Both the position numbers and the translations under genes were made by a program. Source: Vermamoeba vermiformis (taxonomy: Eukaryota). From it: a DNA stretch of 64,000 nt. Below, one piece after another: positions 1 through 10,828 of the stretch. Numbering within the stretch: the first letter of the stretch is position 1; each line of letters begins with the position of its first letter. A model generated the notes under the pieces. The model was not told where the DNA came from. It worked only from the letters and a program-made list of their open reading frames with translations, and did no database searches. The DNA is taken from positions 186,001 to 250,000 of the forward strand of contig JBEWZL010000294.1 of NCBI GenBank assembly GCA_045837725.1, in the 5' to 3' direction.

Positions 1-3000
1 GTCGAACGACAGCAACGAGTCCACCGAGCCCTGGTTGACTGTATTGTATGGCGAGCCCTGGTTGATCGTGTTGAATGGCGAGCCCTGGTTGATCGTGTTG
101 AATGGCGAGCCCTGGTTGATCGTGTTGAGTGGTGAGCCCTGGTTGATCGTGTTGAGTGGTGAGCCCTGGCTGATGGTGCTCAGCGGCGAACTTTGCGTCA
201 CGTGCTCGTTGGTGTGCAGCGGACTGGACGAGTCAGGCACGTGCTCGTTGGTGCTGGTCGGCGTGCGCTTTTTCTTTGCTTTAGTTTTCTTGGTGGCACC
301 TTCGAACAGCAGTGCGGCCATCAATTCCTCTTGCGTGGGCTGGTGATTGACAGGTGCCACTTGATCACGTGCTCGCACACTCGGACTGGCGCGCGGTGGT
401 GTCACAGTGCCAGGCGTGGACTCACGTGGTGCGGAATTACTCGGCGTGACAGGAGTGACAGGTGCCACTGGCTTGGGCGCGGCAGCTCCGTAGCCAGATT
501 TCGACCAGGGTCCACTGACCTGCTTGAGACTCGCAGCGGAGAGTGGTCCCGAGGGCACTGCGGCAGGCGTGGTGGCACTTGGCACGTTAAAAATAGACTT
601 GCTCTCCTCGGCAGTCTGCTCGAAGATTGATCCGCTCGATTTGGTGGCACTTCCCGTGGTGGGTGGTGCTTTGTAGGTCTCGAAACGCAAAGACTGTTCG
701 CGGCCAGGCTGCACTCCCGATTTGGTAGTGTCACGTGATGTATCCACGCGCTGATAGTCACGTGCTCCTTGACGCAGTGCTTGGCGCGTGTACTCGTCCA
801 AAAATGTCAATTTGCGATCTACTTTGACGGGTCGATCGAACAACGTGGCTAATTTGGACACAATCACGTGATCGCGCGGGAGATTGTTCAGGATGGTTAC
901 CAAATTAGTCAAGTCACGTGCAATTTGCTGAGTGACCACGTGACGCGAGGCAGTGTATTTGAGCACAGTCTCGAGGGTGGTCGAGGAGACAGGTGCCACC
1001 TGCCAGTCACGTGACACGCGCTTGGCGAGTGCCATCAGAATCCACGCGCGCACTTCACCGCGCGAGTACTGTCGGTCGAGCAGATCTGTCAACATGTCAC
1101 TCGCGGTCACGTGACGATATTGCTCGAGATCGCGCAGGAGATTTCCGTACTCGCCGAGAATCCACGCAATGACTTGGGCCAGTAAGTCGGGCACGGATTG
1201 TTCTTGCAGCTTGTCATTACCATTTTTGGCAATGAGGTATTTCATGGCGTGCTTGACCGCGTGACGGCGCAGCGTGAGATCTTGCTGGAGATCTCCCGTG
1301 CCAGTCTGCAGCACGGTGAGCAGCTGATCGAGGTGCGAGGGTTGCACCAATTCTGCGCCTAAATATAGACACTTGAGCATGGCAGCAATGTACCAGGCAG
1401 GGGAAGGTGCAAATTTCTCGCAGAGAGCGGTGATCTTGCCGATGAGATCGCGGCGGAGATAGAGGTCCGTGCTGCTCTTGAGGTGCGCGAGCATCTTGGT
1501 GACGACGAGCGTGATGTTCTTGGGGCCCGTCATCTTGTACAAGAGCTCGAGGGTCTTGCGCTGAATGGAGTCATCGGGGTCATTGAGACACTTGAACAGC
1601 AGCACTTGGTGTTGAATCACGTGGCGCGGATTGATCTCGATCAGATCGGACAGCGAGTGCAGCGCCAAGTACTTGAGATTCGGATCTTGCGTGGCACTGC
1701 GCGCACGTGTCGACTGCGCACTGACACCGCTCTTGGGATCGAAGGTCAGCATGTGACTCACGTGCGTGGCAGCCTCGTCGACCAGGGCCTCGGTGTTGCG
1801 ATCATTTGCAGCGTGCTTGTAGACGCGCACAATGGTGTTGACCGTCTCGTGCAGCACCGAGTAGGCCGCGTTGTAGCTGGCAGTGTCCGAGTTCTGCGTG
1901 AGGTACGCGATCGATTTGTTCAGCGTCTCGTGCAACACGTGGTACAGATCACGTGCGGCACTGGCGTCGAGTTGACCGAGCACACCGAAGATCTTCAACA
2001 GCGATATTTGCAGCCACGGTGCAGCGACGCGGTGATAGTCGTAGTCTTTGAGGTGATGGTCCAGCACTTGCTTCTGGATCGCACTCAGCGCACTCAACAG
2101 CTCGCGACGCGTCTTGGCAGTGAATCGCGCACCGTATTTGGCAATGAGGGGCTGCAGCACCGAGACGACAGCCATCATGACAGCAGGGTCCTTGTCGTAC
2201 AGCGCGGCCAGCAGTTTGCTCCACAGTCCGTGTCCTGCTTCGAGCTCTTCTTCCACGCCCGTGCTGTCCTCGCCGATCACGTGCTCGTGCAGGGCAATGA
2301 AGTGACCAATCGCGTGCACGGTCCACTTGCGAATCAGTGCGCGCGGGTGTTGCAGCAGGGCACAGGTCGGCTCTACCAGGGCTGGTGCTGTCTCGCGCGT
2401 GACGAGTGCGCTGAGTGCCCCGAGAGCAGCCCACTGATCGAGTATGGAACTGTTCTCGAGATCGCGGCGCAGACTGTTGGTGGCCAGCACGGACCACTCG
2501 CCCACGCCGCGCAGACACAGCGACGCGCAGATGTAGGCGACTTTCTTCTCTGAGGTCTTGGCCTCTTGCGTGGCACTCAATGCAGTGACGTAGGCATAGG
2601 GCACAGGTACTCCTAACATCTCGCAGTAGACCATGCGGATCAGCACCTCACGCAATTTCTTCTACAATTTCAAATAAATATGAGCAACTGTCATCAGGAA
2701 TATTATTTGTATTAAAGATGTAGTATAAGTATTGTAGCATAGCACTTGCTACTAGCAACAAGGATAAGCAAGCCAGCCAAATTCATCAAAAAAATAATGT
2801 AATTGACAAGTCAGATCTACCTTGTTATCAATAGGCTGAGCGAGCGTTTGTTTGAGTTGCTGCGACTCTTTCAATATGATAGCAGACTCCTCTTGCTTCG
2901 AGCGCGCCTCACCAATGTTCTTGATCAGCTCGAAGAACTCTTTGGAGACTTGACCAGCCCCGAGACTGGTGAGCCAGGTCGAGAGCTCCTGTTTGAACTG

Positions 3001-3012
3001 TTGGAACGACAT
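1..3012 (-). CDS. AP4E1: AP-4 adaptor complex epsilon subunit (3' end runs off the window)
   Basis: Exon 1 3012-2821 reads MSFQQF...SKEFFELIKNIGEARSKQEESAII. A GT-AG intron spans 2820-2662, then a long open frame KKLREVLIRMVYCEMLG...EKKVAY...TNSLRRDL typical of the epsilon-adaptin trunk. The frame appears open to the window edge. Confidence 0.88.
25..190. repeat. 27-bp coding tandem repeat (about 6 copies) in the AP4E low-complexity hinge
   Basis: Unit GGCGAGCCCTGGTTGATCGTGTTGAAT and variants; encodes NQGSP(F/L)NTI on the minus strand. Confidence 0.9.
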
Positions 3013-3235
3013 ACTCGCAGCTACTCGTCGCAGTGGTGGGGGGTATAAGGGGGAGGCGTGGGTGACGTCGAGCTGCGCAATTGAAAATTAGTTGCCAAGA
3101 GCAGATCTGTCACTTTGAACACAACTCCGTGGACTCGAGTATTGTTCGCGTGTGGCGTATTATCATTGAAAACTACTATTCCGCACCGTATCAGGCCTAT
3201 TACTAGCACATCCAAGAAGGTTTCCAGTCCTCATC

Positions 3236-3727
3236 ATGATCTACGATCTGAGCAGCGCTGAAGTGGAGCAGAGTGCGGCTATTAATAGCAACACTGAACT
3301 GTACAATCACGTGCTCAAACACGCTGCGACTAAGCGACGAGTCAAGACCAACACCGAGTCTGAACTCAAGTGTACGGTCCACAGGCGTCACTGACCTCCA
3401 AGCTTTGCAGTAATTTATTTATTACTATTTTTAGGCATCACCTGCGATGATGGGCCGTGCAACGTCGAGAGCATAGTGAGAAGGTAAATCTGACCCCCTC
3501 CAACCGTGCCAGTGCCCTAACGGTCCTGTTGCAGCTGTCAATGCACTGCCTCGCCCTGTGAGGCGCACGAGTGCCACTGCCAGCCACATCCAGCCTGCGC
3601 GCGCTGTTTGATCACGCAGCTCTGGACCGCGACTAACTCCGCGCAACGTCAACGAGGAGTGTTCCGCGCCAAGTGTCCTACATGCCGCGCCGAGTATTGT
3701 CAGCACGATCTTGTGCTGTACAAATGA
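3236..3727 (+). CDS. Small cysteine-rich RING-like protein resembling the TMEM129 C-terminal RING; 3 exons
   Basis: Splicing introns 3372-3434 and about 3484-3534 gives ...ELKCITCDDGPCNVESIVRSCQCTASPCEAHECHCQPHPACARCLITQLW...RAKCPTCRAEYCQHDLVLYK*. Absent from the ORF track; start codon uncertain. Confidence 0.7.
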
Positions 3728-3813
3728 GCTCGATCCAGCGGTCTGTGGGTCATTCATTGAATTCGTGGCAACAACACAAACACACCACGGCTAGCATTTA
3801 CTCTACAGCAAGC

Positions 3814-4732
3814 ATGGACGAATATGCTGATAGATACTTTGAGACCACTCTCAAGTGCTTGACGAGCAACATGCCCGATCTGTTCAATGTAGACTTGTCG
3901 CACCACGATCTGAGTCAAGGTAATAATTGCACTTATTATTTATGTGTAATTATGCGCTTGTAAATTAGCAATAAATTAACTCATAATTCGAACATTAATG
4001 AGGTTGTTAACAGCGCTATTCTATTGCAGACAAACTCGTTCGTTTGGCAGGTGAGATCCGCTCCAATCACGTGATGCCTCGTCCCGATGCGCTGTACTTG
4101 CCTTATTGGTACACTAACACCTTGTATTTCCATATTTAGAAGCACTGTGGCACAACACGCACTTGCAAGCGCTGGATCTGTTCGCCAACAACGCGCATCA
4201 GGGTCAATTTGCTGGCTGGAAGAAGTAAGTGTCACTGCGCTAGCTGCTGTTTGACACCTGTCATTTGCAGGCTCGGACAGGCCCTGGCACGCTTGCCTAA
4301 ATTGGTAGAGATCGACCTCGGCAACTGTCAGCTCGGTGACGCGGGTCTGGTGCAGCTGTTGGGCGAGGACGAACTGAGCGCTGGTCCCGATCACGTGCCG
4401 AGCTTGAGTCACGTGACAGTGAACTTGACCACGATCGATCTCTCCAACAACGCGTTCACTGAACTGTCTGCGCACCTCATTGCCAAATTTGTCAAGCGTC
4501 AGCAACACCTCGAAGAATTGGCGCTGCACACCAACCTCTGGACTGATCACGTGATTCCAATCTTTGCAGATGCCTTGGCCAACAAACCTCACGTAAGTCG
4601 ATTGCCTAATTAGGAAATGATCGCTGACGTTCGCAGCTGCGAAAAGTGTGGTTGCAAAAGAGTGGTCTGAGTGCTGAGGGCGTGACACAACTGCGCAGTC
4701 TGCTGCCCGAGCACGTGACACTCATGGTGTAG
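3814..4732 (+). CDS. Leucine-rich repeat (RNI-like) protein, multi-exon
   Basis: LRR motifs LVEIDLGNCQLGDAG, LTTIDLSNNAFT, LEELALHTN and LRKVWLQKSGLSAEG, joined by short GT-AG introns. Confidence 0.75.
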
Positions 4733-4957
4733 ACCTGGCACGTGATGGAGTTGCCTTATTTGGGCAAATCATTGAACTGTTCTCTCGGAGTAAATCTTGC
4801 GTGTATCATATGATAGGCTGACCAGTAAATGTGGCTGTAAATAATCAGTAGAGTGTTTGGAGTTACTATTAGCATATTATTATAGTAATAGGATGTTTAT
4901 TAAACAAAAATTCGGTGTTGAATAGCAGATGCAGAGCAGATCGTTAATTTAGCGCGA

Positions 4958-5427
4958 TTATTCGTGGTCCTCCTTGTGTTCCTCGTCGTAAGTGCGACCG
5001 AGCTTGCGACCAAGCAACATGAACAATTCGCTGTCACCATCAGCCCACGGGTACTTCTTGGAGCGGATGTGGGCATAAGGATACGGATTGCGGTGATAAG
5101 CGTGTTCCTCCTCAGCGAGCACGTAAACAAAGACAGCAGCGCAAATAGCTGAGCCAGCAATAGTGGCCTTAATCCATTGCTTAGAACCAGCTAATAAAAA
5201 TAATTAATTATTATTGAATTACAATAATAATTACAAATCGCTAGAGTAATGCTTTAAAAATTCATATCGTACACTATAATACATTATAATGCATTACAAT
5301 ACTTACCTAAGGCTTCTTCTTCAGAAAGAACGCCACCAGAATAAGCTCGCTTTTGAATGCGGCTGGTAAGAGTGTTTTGAATGAACTTGCGTTGGAAAGG
5401 AGCGGTCAAACGAGCAGCCCAACTCAT
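4958..5427 (-). CDS. COX6A: Cytochrome c oxidase subunit 6A (Cox13-like), 2 exons
   Basis: Exons 5427-5307 and 5190-4958. Arg-rich presequence, one TM helix (WIKATIAGSAICAAVFVYVL), then the COX6A signature YPYAHIRSKKYPWADGDSELF. Confidence 0.85.
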
Positions 5428-5569
5428 ATTTGTGTTTGTGGTGTATAGTGAGTATGATAAATAAAAATAGCCGCCGACAACAAAATCAGTTTGTTTTGAA
5501 AAATGTTCAGTGAACGGCACACACTGGGCTAACAAGACTTTATACAACGAGAGAGGGTACATAACGTGA

Positions 5570-7539
5570 TTAATACAATAGCTTGGACATGTACGGGCCA
5601 TCGAGTTCGTAGCCCAACTTCCTGTAGTAATGACGCGTGCCCACACCCGCAATCACCGCCAGTTTGAAGCTGCCGTGCTCTTCGCGTGCAATGCGCTCTG
5701 CCTCTTCCATCAACAGCGTGCCATAGCCCTGGTGTTGGAACAGCTTCGGATCGCGACTGTGCAGCGGTACTGCTGTGCCGTACACGTGCAGTTCACGCAC
5801 AATCGAGACGCGCGGTCCGTCCTCGTCCTCGGCGTGATCTCCGAGCTCGGTGGCACCTGTCAGTGTGCCTTGGGGCTCGTCTTCGTCCTCCTCCTCGCGC
5901 TCATCGCTGCCCGTGGTGCTGGTGTTGTTGCTGTTGAGCGTGAAGGGTGCAGTCAGTTCGGGTCTGAATGTGGCCGCGCTGCAGCGTCTGAGTCGCAAGA
6001 GGCCAATCAGAATGTCCTGCTTCGGATCTTCGTACGACAGGAAGGTCTCCCAGCCTCCATTCGCGTTGTAGTCGCGACGAATCAGCTCCACTTGATCGGG
6101 CTTGACTTTGTGGTGTATGTCCTTGATGCCCACTTCACGCGTGCGCACATCGCGACACTTGTAGCCGAGGTCGTGCATGCGCTTCAAACACAACTCGCGC
6201 AGATTGCCGTACTCGACACCTGACGTCACTAGGGGCATGGGGATGTCGCGTTGAATGCGGTAGATGCGCGTCCAGGGCGGCACGAGGGCCAACAACTTGG
6301 CGAGCAAGTCGACGAGCTCATCGGGGTGATAGTTCTTGTACTTGCCTGCCTTCCACAGCTCGTACAGGCCAGTGCCGCGAATGACGAGTGTGGGATAGAT
6401 CTTCAAGCCGTCAGCGCGGAACTTGGGGTCCTCGAAGAACTGCTTGAAGCCATTCATGTCGCGCTCGTAGCCTACATTGGGCAAGTCGGGCATGAGGTGC
6501 GACACGACTTTGAAGCCTGCGTCCTTGGCGAGATGAAAGCACTCGGTGACTGCGCGCACGGTGTGGCCGCGATTGGTGTCACGTGCCACGTCCTCGTACA
6601 CGGACTGCACGCCAATCTCCAAGCGCGTGCAGCCGTAGCGCAACATTTCACCGAGATGTGGCTTGAGACAGTAGTCAGGACGCGTCTCAATGGTGAGGCC
6701 AATGCACTTGACATTGCTCTGCTCCATGTACTTGACGGCCTCGTCCACGTTGTTGCTGCAGTGACCGGACAGCGCGTCGTGCAAGTTGCGGATAAAGTAG
6801 TCTCGGTAGTCGGCTGCGAGCGACATGAAGGTGCCACCCATCACAATGAACTCCACCTTGTCCGTAGAGTGGCCGAGTCGCTTCAGTTGATCCACACGAT
6901 TGCGCGTCTGCAAGTAGGGATTGTAACGCGCTCGAATGGCGCGCATGGATGTGGGCTCGTAACCCGTGTAGGACTGCGTGCTGTATTCAAAGTCACTGTC
7001 TGGACCTCCAGGGCAGTAGATACACACATTGCCAGTGAGTGCAATATGCGGACAGCGATGTGGCTTGGACATGACTGCAACCACTGCGATCTGCGACAAA
7101 TCTCAGAATAAATCGAATTGTTTGAATAATCGAGAAATAATGGCTTATACGATTATAATTATAATTGATTTGGATATTACAGTATACGTAAAATAAAATA
7201 GAGTTTAGTTAACTTACACCGGATGCAGTTCGAACAGGTTTAGCTTTGATTTTTGGTAATATAGCGCTTTTATATTGTTCAGGAATGGCTGCAATAATAT
7301 CGATAGTTTTTGGTTGGCGTGGCAAGCCATTCTCACGCGCAGCATCGATTTTAATTTTGGACAGATTGATCGACTTGCCTTCTTTGTGCGCGGTGATGAG
7401 CTGATTAACAATCTCGCCTATAATCTGCACCATCTTGCCGGTGCTGTTTGGTACCTCTTCTGCAACCATCAACGGGTTAATGACTAGATCCAGTCGTAAT
7501 CATTGTGTGGTACTTACTGCCTTTAGCTTTGGTGGCCAT
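5570..7539 (-). CDS. ELP3: Elongator complex protein 3 (radical SAM + KAT)
   Basis: [64 protein letters not shown] and [10 protein letters not shown]...FQHQGYG...[16 protein letters not shown]. Putative 34-nt first intron 7517-7484 and a second intron at about 7217-7091. Confidence 0.97.
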
Positions 7540-7723
7540 GACGAGCACTATTTTTTCTATATGTGTTGTAGTGCAGTCTATATATTTTATTACAACATTC
7601 GCTGGCAGACCAAAGCGTTCATAGCACGTGGTTGGAAATTTCATCCTGACCTTCAGAATTCGAGCTGTGAGCAACAGAAGTCATTCTAATCTCTTATCTA
7701 TATACTCGCTACTACACACTAGC

Positions 7724-8659
7724 ATGCAGCACACAGGAGCGATGCCGCTGAGTGGTGTGTCCGAGTGTGGACTGCCGCGCGAGTTGTGGGAGGTGATCGT
7801 GCAGCTGGACAGTGCGGCGCTGAATGTCGTGACGCAGGTGTGCGTGTTCTGTCACAAACTCTGCTTCGACAACGCTGTGCTCTGGCGACGCAAATGTCAC
7901 GCGCGGTATGGCACTGACGGCGCGAAACCTGCACTGCTCACTTGGAAACAGTACTATTATGCTGGTACGTCGTGCGGTGATTGTAGCTGTAATTATTGGA
8001 ATTATTGCGTAATATTTAAAATTAATTCAACCGTTTGGAAATAACACCTTACTTAGGCAATGATTTGTTCCCCTATCGCGGCATAATACTCGGTGTGAGT
8101 ACCTATGATCAGCTGATGCGTGTTGCAGGGGCAGAGAGCAAGACTCTCAATTCAGCGGACAAATACGTGGTGATAGACCAGATGTCGTTCTGGCTGCGTG
8201 ACGGCGTGTGTGATTCTGTGAGCCTGTCGCAGTATATCCCTAGGTACGTCATATACTGCATTAATAGCTGCAGTTAGACTCACTAGCACTGCAGACGATG
8301 GCAGCTCAAAGGCCTGACTTGGGCTGCGTCCTTCAACGCGTACAAGGCACTCTTTCAGCGCTGGACTGGCAACTATTGCGTGCATGACCGACCTCGCATG
8401 AAACAGCTCAAGAAGAATAAGCAGCAGTGGAGTGCTGGGCTGAGAACTGTCGTCAAGTCAGATGTGGGTTATTACGAGATTTCATTAATGTTCTTCAGCC
8501 TGAACGGTGGTAAGCGATCTTCAGCAGTAAATATAAGGTATTCATTGCACGACACTAGGCAGCGAAGATCGTCCTCACATGCTGAGTTCTATCTCACTCT
8601 CAGCGCGCAACACTGCCGCACTCGAACTGACTTACAATGCGCGCCAATGCGTGGAGTAG
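7724..8659 (+). CDS. F-box domain protein, multi-exon
   Basis: N-terminal LPRELWEVIVQLDSAALNVVTQVCVFCHKLCFDNAVLWRRKC fits an F-box. The C-terminal part is not recognised. Confidence 0.65.
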
Positions 8660-8971
8660 AGGCCGTTGTATTGGTGCACTTATGTATATAGAGTTGTATT
8701 AGAGGCTCATTGTTAATCTGTACTGGAAAGCTATCATCGCAATAAAGCACTTGTTCCTTTAGTCGAGTATGGTCGGTCTTAACTGACTCATCTTATTCAT
8801 TCAAATAGCTCACATGTATCGTGCATACCCTTGCAAGGTACGGCATGCGACATCGGTTATTAAGTCGGTTAATAATAATTACGCGTGCACGAGTATCAAG
8901 GTTGAATTCTCAGAACACTCGATTTATCTGCGTAGCAACAAGTGAGCACAACTCCACTTAGAACAGCGAAC

Positions 8972-10604
8972 ATGGAACCACCCAAGAATATACTCGTCAA
9001 GATACCACCGCTCATGGTAATTAGCAAGATGTTGCTGTGAACTGACTGCAGATCTGATTTTTAATTTAATTTTATTGTAGTACTTGCATGTGCTCAACAG
9101 AAATTCGCAAGTAGTGAGAGTCGAGGTGGTGAGTATCTATTTATTGTAATTGAGTCAAATAATTTTATTAGTCTTTAATTTCGTTCCTTGAAAATTCCCT
9201 TCAAATCCGCGTCTTAACACCAGCATTAATCGCATGTTTGAGTAGGGACCACAAACATTTTTCTGTCGTCAGGAAGAGCAGGTCCTCACAGGTCCCACCA
9301 ATATGATCGTCATTCCACCCCGTCACTACACGGTGGTTGAGAATCCAGTGGTGCGCGATGAACAGGGCCACGTGGTGCTCGATCGATTCGGCCAAGCTAA
9401 ATTAAGACACGGCGATGAAGAGGTGCGCGAGAGCCAAGACCCATTCCCGCTCTGGCCCGGTGAGCGCGTCAAATCCGGCATTCAGCCGCTGCAGATCGTG
9501 GAAGTGAACACCGCGCTGAGACTGCAAGCAGTGCGCGACTTTGACGACGAGATTGAAGTGCCACCACGTGACGCCAAGAGCCAGCCCACACGTGTCAAAG
9601 TGTCGCGCCACGCGGGCGAGGAGTGGCTGTTCTTGGGCCCGCAGACCTATCACCCGAGTCCCAATGTGCGCGTGGTGCACACGGTCAAAGCGCAGGTGAT
9701 GCAGCCTGGTGAAGGTGCGTGAGTGACAGGTGACACGTGTCAAATACTGACTTGTACAAACTACTAGCTCTGCGACTGCGCGCACGCAAAGACATGACAG
9801 ATGTCAACGGGAAATCTCGCCGCGCAGGTGAAGAGTGGCTGTACCGCAGCGAGGGGTGAGTGCCAGCATTACCTAATTAGGCAATCACTGACAGCAGTGC
9901 AGTCTGTACATGCCGCACGTGGATGAAGTGGTGCTGGGCGTGGAGCGCGGCTACATTTTGACCGAGAAGAACGCGCTGCACTTGGTGGCCAATCAGAGCT
10001 TTGTGGACATATTTGGCAAGCCGAGATTGGCGGGAGATCAGTGGCTCGTGACACGTGCTGACAGCGAGGTCTACATCCCCGACGTTCATGAACGCGTGCA
10101 CAATCAAGTGTCCCTCGTGTCCCTCACCAAGCGTCAGTACTGCATCATTCAACACCCCTACGACAGCACGCGGCACGTGACGCAGTGGGGAGCACAGCGC
10201 GTGCAGCGAGGTGTGGGTGACGAGCACGTGGACAACTTCTTTCTGCGCCCTGGTGAAGAGCTCGTGACGCAGAGCGAGGTGATTGTGCTCAACGAGGACG
10301 AGGCACTCAAACTCCGCGCGGTGCAGGGTAAGCATTTCCTAATTTGGTGCGGCTATTCATAGCTCTTGCAGAGTTCGACGATCAGGTGCCGAACAGCGAC
10401 AAAACAGTGCGACGCAGACCCGGTGAAGTGTGGTACATCTACGGCCCTGCAGAGTACTGGCCGTGTTTGGAAGCACGCATCGATCGGAGAATTCGCGCGA
10501 TCAGAATTGAAGGACTGCGCTGGTACTTGTTCCGTCCTGACAAAGTCGTGCTGGCCGTGCTGGCATTCTTCGCGCTCTTGGTGCTGCGATACATCTTGTT
10601 TTAA
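8972..10604 (+). CDS. Truncated major vault protein-like protein (7 vault repeats plus C-terminal hydrophobic tail)
   Basis: KIPPLMYLHVLNRNSQVVRVEVGPQT, IPPRHYTVVENPVVRD...QDPFPLWPGE, ALRL...AGEEWL...GP, ALHL...AGDQWLV and PGEVWYIYGPAEYWP match MVP repeats R1-R7. The frame ends VVLAVLAFFALLVLRYILF*. Confidence 0.88.
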
Positions 10605-10674
10605 TTGTAATTAGATACTTATTAAACCTTTGTACCATGACATTGTCTCGCTGTCTTTGCATGAATTTTCTCAT

Positions 10675-10720
10675 TTTCGCGCGGGTCTTCTACGCGGGAA
10701 TTTAAAAATTTCATTTCAAA
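10675..10720 (+). promoter_or_regulatory. E2F-like sites plus CHR-like element upstream of the CH-coiled-coil gene
   Basis: TTTCGCGC at 10675-10682, GCGGGAATTTAAA at 10694-10706 and TTTCAAA near 10714-10720. Confidence 0.4.
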
Positions 10721-10828
10721 ATCAAGTTTCACTGACACGAGCATTTGATTAGTACGTTGTGTACATAGGACCAACTAGGGTGATATTCATTTACTCTACA
10801 CGCAACAGTTCTACAGCAGTACACTCAG

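Noticed and set aside
25-190. 27-bp repeats as a CRISPR array
   Set aside because: There are no spacers; they are in-frame tandem coding repeats within AP4E in a eukaryotic context.
1483-2553. 356-aa plus-strand ORF and similar long antisense ORFs (6251-7111, 18763-19641, 24792-25538)
   Set aside because: These are shadows of GC-rich, codon-biased genes on the opposite strand and show no recognisable motifs.
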